A stretch of DNA of 64,000 nt from Granulicella sp. (GTDB lineage: Bacteria > Acidobacteriota > Terriglobia > Terriglobales > Acidobacteriaceae). The position numbers were made by a program, and so were the translations under genes. The stretch lies in the NCBI GenBank assembly GCA_027339965.1, contig DAHWNL010000021.1, forward strand, positions 1-64,000, read 5' to 3'. A model generated the notes under the pieces. It did not search any database. It was not told the DNA's origin and saw only the letters and a program-made list of their open reading frames with translations. The number at the start of each line of letters is the position of its first letter. Positions within the stretch are counted from its first letter, which is position 1. Shown one piece after another: positions 61,810-64,000 of this stretch.

Positions 61810-63882
61810 ATGCGGAGTTTGAACTTGTTGCGCTGGTCTGTGGCGTTGTTCGTGGTTAGCGGGGTAGGGATAACGGCTGCACCGCAATCGCCTGCGGGCC
61901 TGCAGAGTCCTCCGGGCTCCAGTCCGCGGAGCGCTCAAGCCAGGGAGACGGAGGTGCATACGCGCGTGGTGACCATCGCGCCTGCCTCCAGTGCTTTGGT
62001 GAAGTCGCAAGAGATTGACCAAGCGGCGGAGCCGCCGATCTCGCATGCGGACAAGATGATGTTGATCCAGAGCCGCATCAAGTACGTGTTTGTCCTGTTC
62101 CAGGAGAATCGTTCCTTTGACTTTTACTTTGGAACCTACCCTGGCGCCGATGGCCTTTATGCAGGACCGGATGGCCCCAAGGATGCGGCCCAGGTTGCCG
62201 GATACACCCAAACCATCGTCAACACGGATGGAACGCTGGGAACCATTGTTCCGTTCCGCATCCCGGAGACGGTGATCAACAACCGAGGGCAAAAAGTACC
62301 GCTTTATCCGGCCGATATTGCGTCAGTGAATCACTCTCATGTCGCCATCGCGCGAAAGATGGCCATGGATGGCAGCGGGGTCGCGCAGAACTCGGCCTAC
62401 GCTTTGACCGAGGAGGGTGTGACGATCAGCGCCGGCAGGCCATCCAAGGTTCCAACGCTGGAGCGCAAACAGTTTGGCGAACTGGTGATGAGCCATGTGG
62501 ATTGCGATACGGTGCCTTTTTTATGGCGCTACGCTGACCGTTTCACGCTCTTCGACCACTTCATGGATACGATTGTGGGGCCATCGACTCCCAATGCCAT
62601 CGCGATGATCGCCGGTCAGGGTGGAGAGACGCAGTGGATGCTGCATCCGGAGCAGGCGGCTCAGGGTGGACGCGGTCCGGGAGCCACCGTGCCGATGGTG
62701 ACGGATGCGCAGCCCTACTGGGGATCGATGCTGGATACCGCGGACCGTCTGCATCAGCCGCAGGCAAATCATCCCTTTGGCGGGATCTCAAAGAACCTTA
62801 CCTTTGCCAGCCTGCCTCTGTCGTTCATGGGCAGCTCCATCAAGACGACCACCGCGGCTGACTACGATCCAGCCTTTGATCTGCCGGATGTGCAGGAGGA
62901 CATTGCGAAGATCGCCGGGCACGGGGTGAGCGCGGTGGACTGGGGTTGGTATCAGCAGGGGTACGACCACGAGCAGAACGATCCCCAGGGGAAGACCACC
63001 CACGACGGTTATGTGGCGCATCACGATGCGCCGCAGTACTTTGGTTATGTCGCAAATAATCCGCTTTCCACAGAACGCCTGCATGGCCTGAGTGATTTTT
63101 TCCGTGACATCCAGGAGCGAAGACTGCCCACGTCTGGCGTTTTCTACGTCCGTGGGGGGTACGGCAACATTGAAGGTTGGCATCCCCAGGATCCAGACCC
63201 CAAGCTGGCCAAGGTGTTCTTTGGAAACGACGATCATCCGGGGTACTCGGACTCCCAGATCAGCGAGGGGCTCCTGGCCCAGGAGATCAATGCGATCGCG
63301 GAGAGCCCTTACTGGAGCCAGAGTGCAATCATCATCACTTACGACGAATCGGATGGTGAGTACGACCACGTTCGCCCTCGAGTGCGTTCGCATGATGCCG
63401 CCGGCCTGCCCCTGGAGCAGGGGCCCCGGATTCCGGCGATTCTGATCTCACCCTATGCGGTGGCTCACGGGGTCTCGCATGAGCCCGACGAGCACAGTTC
63501 CGTGATCAAGTTTGTGGATGAGTTGTTTGGCCTGATTCCGCTGGCGGATCTTCCCGACGAGGTCAAGGGGCGCGAGCTGGGCAAAGAGAAGCTGGGCCAG
63601 CCGTATCTTGGTCCTGCCGACGACCATGTGCCCGGCGTAGGAGATATGAGCTCGGGCTTCGACGTGCTTCGGCTGGAGGGGAAACGGCCGGCGCTGAGCG
63701 CGGCCTATGCCGAAATCCCGGTGAGCGAGATTAAGAGCTTCCCCCATGACCAAGGAGAGGGTTGCCGCGTACTGCAGATTCAGCCGACGGACAGCGGACG
63801 GCCGAATCCGGTTCCCGAGGACTTCAATCCGCGGCCGGACTCTTCCCCCGGCATACCGACGGCGGGAGGCTGGACGCCATAG
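61810..63882 (+). CDS. Secreted phosphoesterase/phospholipase C (AcpA-like, alkaline phosphatase superfamily)
   Basis: 'YVFVLFQENRSFDFYFGTYPG', 'GPSTPN', 'DDHPGYS', 'TYDESDG.YDHV', 'GPRIP.I.ISPY'. Confidence 0.92.
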   Translation: MRSLNLLRWSVALFVVSGVGITAAPQSPAGLQSPPGSSPRSAQARETEVHTRVVTIAPASSALVKSQEIDQAAEPPISHADKMMLIQSRIKYVFVLFQENRSFDFYFGTYPGADGLYAGPDGPKDAAQVAGYTQTIVNTDGTLGTIVPFRIPETVINNRGQKVPLYPADIASVNHSHVAIARKMAMDGSGVAQNSAYALTEEGVTISAGRPSKVPTLERKQFGELVMSHVDCDTVPFLWRYADRFTLFDHFMDTIVGPSTPNAIAMIAGQGGETQWMLHPEQAAQGGRGPGATVPMVTDAQPYWGSMLDTADRLHQPQANHPFGGISKNLTFASLPLSFMGSSIKTTTAADYDPAFDLPDVQEDIAKIAGHGVSAVDWGWYQQGYDHEQNDPQGKTTHDGYVAHHDAPQYFGYVANNPLSTERLHGLSDFFRDIQERRLPTSGVFYVRGGYGNIEGWHPQDPDPKLAKVFFGNDDHPGYSDSQISEGLLAQEINAIAESPYWSQSAIIITYDESDGEYDHVRPRVRSHDAAGLPLEQGPRIPAILISPYAVAHGVSHEPDEHSSVIKFVDELFGLIPLADLPDEVKGRELGKEKLGQPYLGPADDHVPGVGDMSSGFDVLRLEGKRPALSAAYAEIPVSEIKSFPHDQGEGCRVLQIQPTDSGRPNPVPEDFNPRPDSSPGIPTAGGWTP

Positions 63883-64000
63883 TGCCCCAAGAGATCAAGC
63901 GTGGCGCATGGGGCACGCTGGCGATGACCGTCGCGGTGGCCTGCGCTTTGGCGTGCGCCTCCGGGGTTGCCATCTCCAAGAGCGTCACGCCGGTCTCGAC
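63882..64000 (+). CDS. 5' fragment of a secreted protein, truncated by the window edge
   Basis: GTG overlapping the upstream TAG; open frame with hydrophobic signal-like stretch 'TLAMTVAVACALACASG'. Confidence 0.5.
   Translation, partial: MPQEIKRGAWGTLAMTVAVACALACASGVAISKSVTPVS

Noticed and set aside
63882..64000. Naming the truncated final ORF as a cytochrome c peroxidase
   Set aside because: Only about 39 codons of signal-like sequence are visible, with no CxxCH motif to support the call.

Overview
64 kb of GC-rich bacterial chromosome. Gene content and style (Oar-type TonB-dependent receptors, a TPR + ASPIC/UnbV FG-GAP pair, an ECF/anti-sigma/Spy triad, RAYT with GGGTGCCCC-type REPs, a zinc-ribbon XRE regulator) suggest an Acidobacteriaceae-like genome; this is inference. 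About 46 CDSs: two tandem TonB-dependent receptors separated by a mobile-DNA hotspot (IS3-type end remnant, intact ISL3 with an 8-bp target duplication, ~118-bp palindromic repeat), mdh, a RAYT/REP locus, a YjgC/YjgD-type formate dehydrogenase pair, thiM, glpK, agaS-like, aroK, a heavy-metal-type two-component module next to an orphan IS end, oxyR-katG, sugar catabolism genes, zwf, cdsA/uppS, pncA, cyaY, ssb and a phosphoesterase. Best non-obvious findings: (1) a complete-looking aromatic-amino-acid attenuator upstream of shikimate kinase (promoter, leader peptide MSFSPTTGRFSYCYWYPP..., antiterminator, terminator); (2) a dispersed ~118-bp MITE-like palindromic family, with two copies starting at stop codons; (3) an HMA-domain protein lacking its metal-binding cysteines in a CusRS-like module; (4) a Cys-containing small ORF coupled to a TauE exporter. 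No rRNA, tRNA or CRISPR array was seen. All calls were made by eye without database searches, and many start codons are best estimates.
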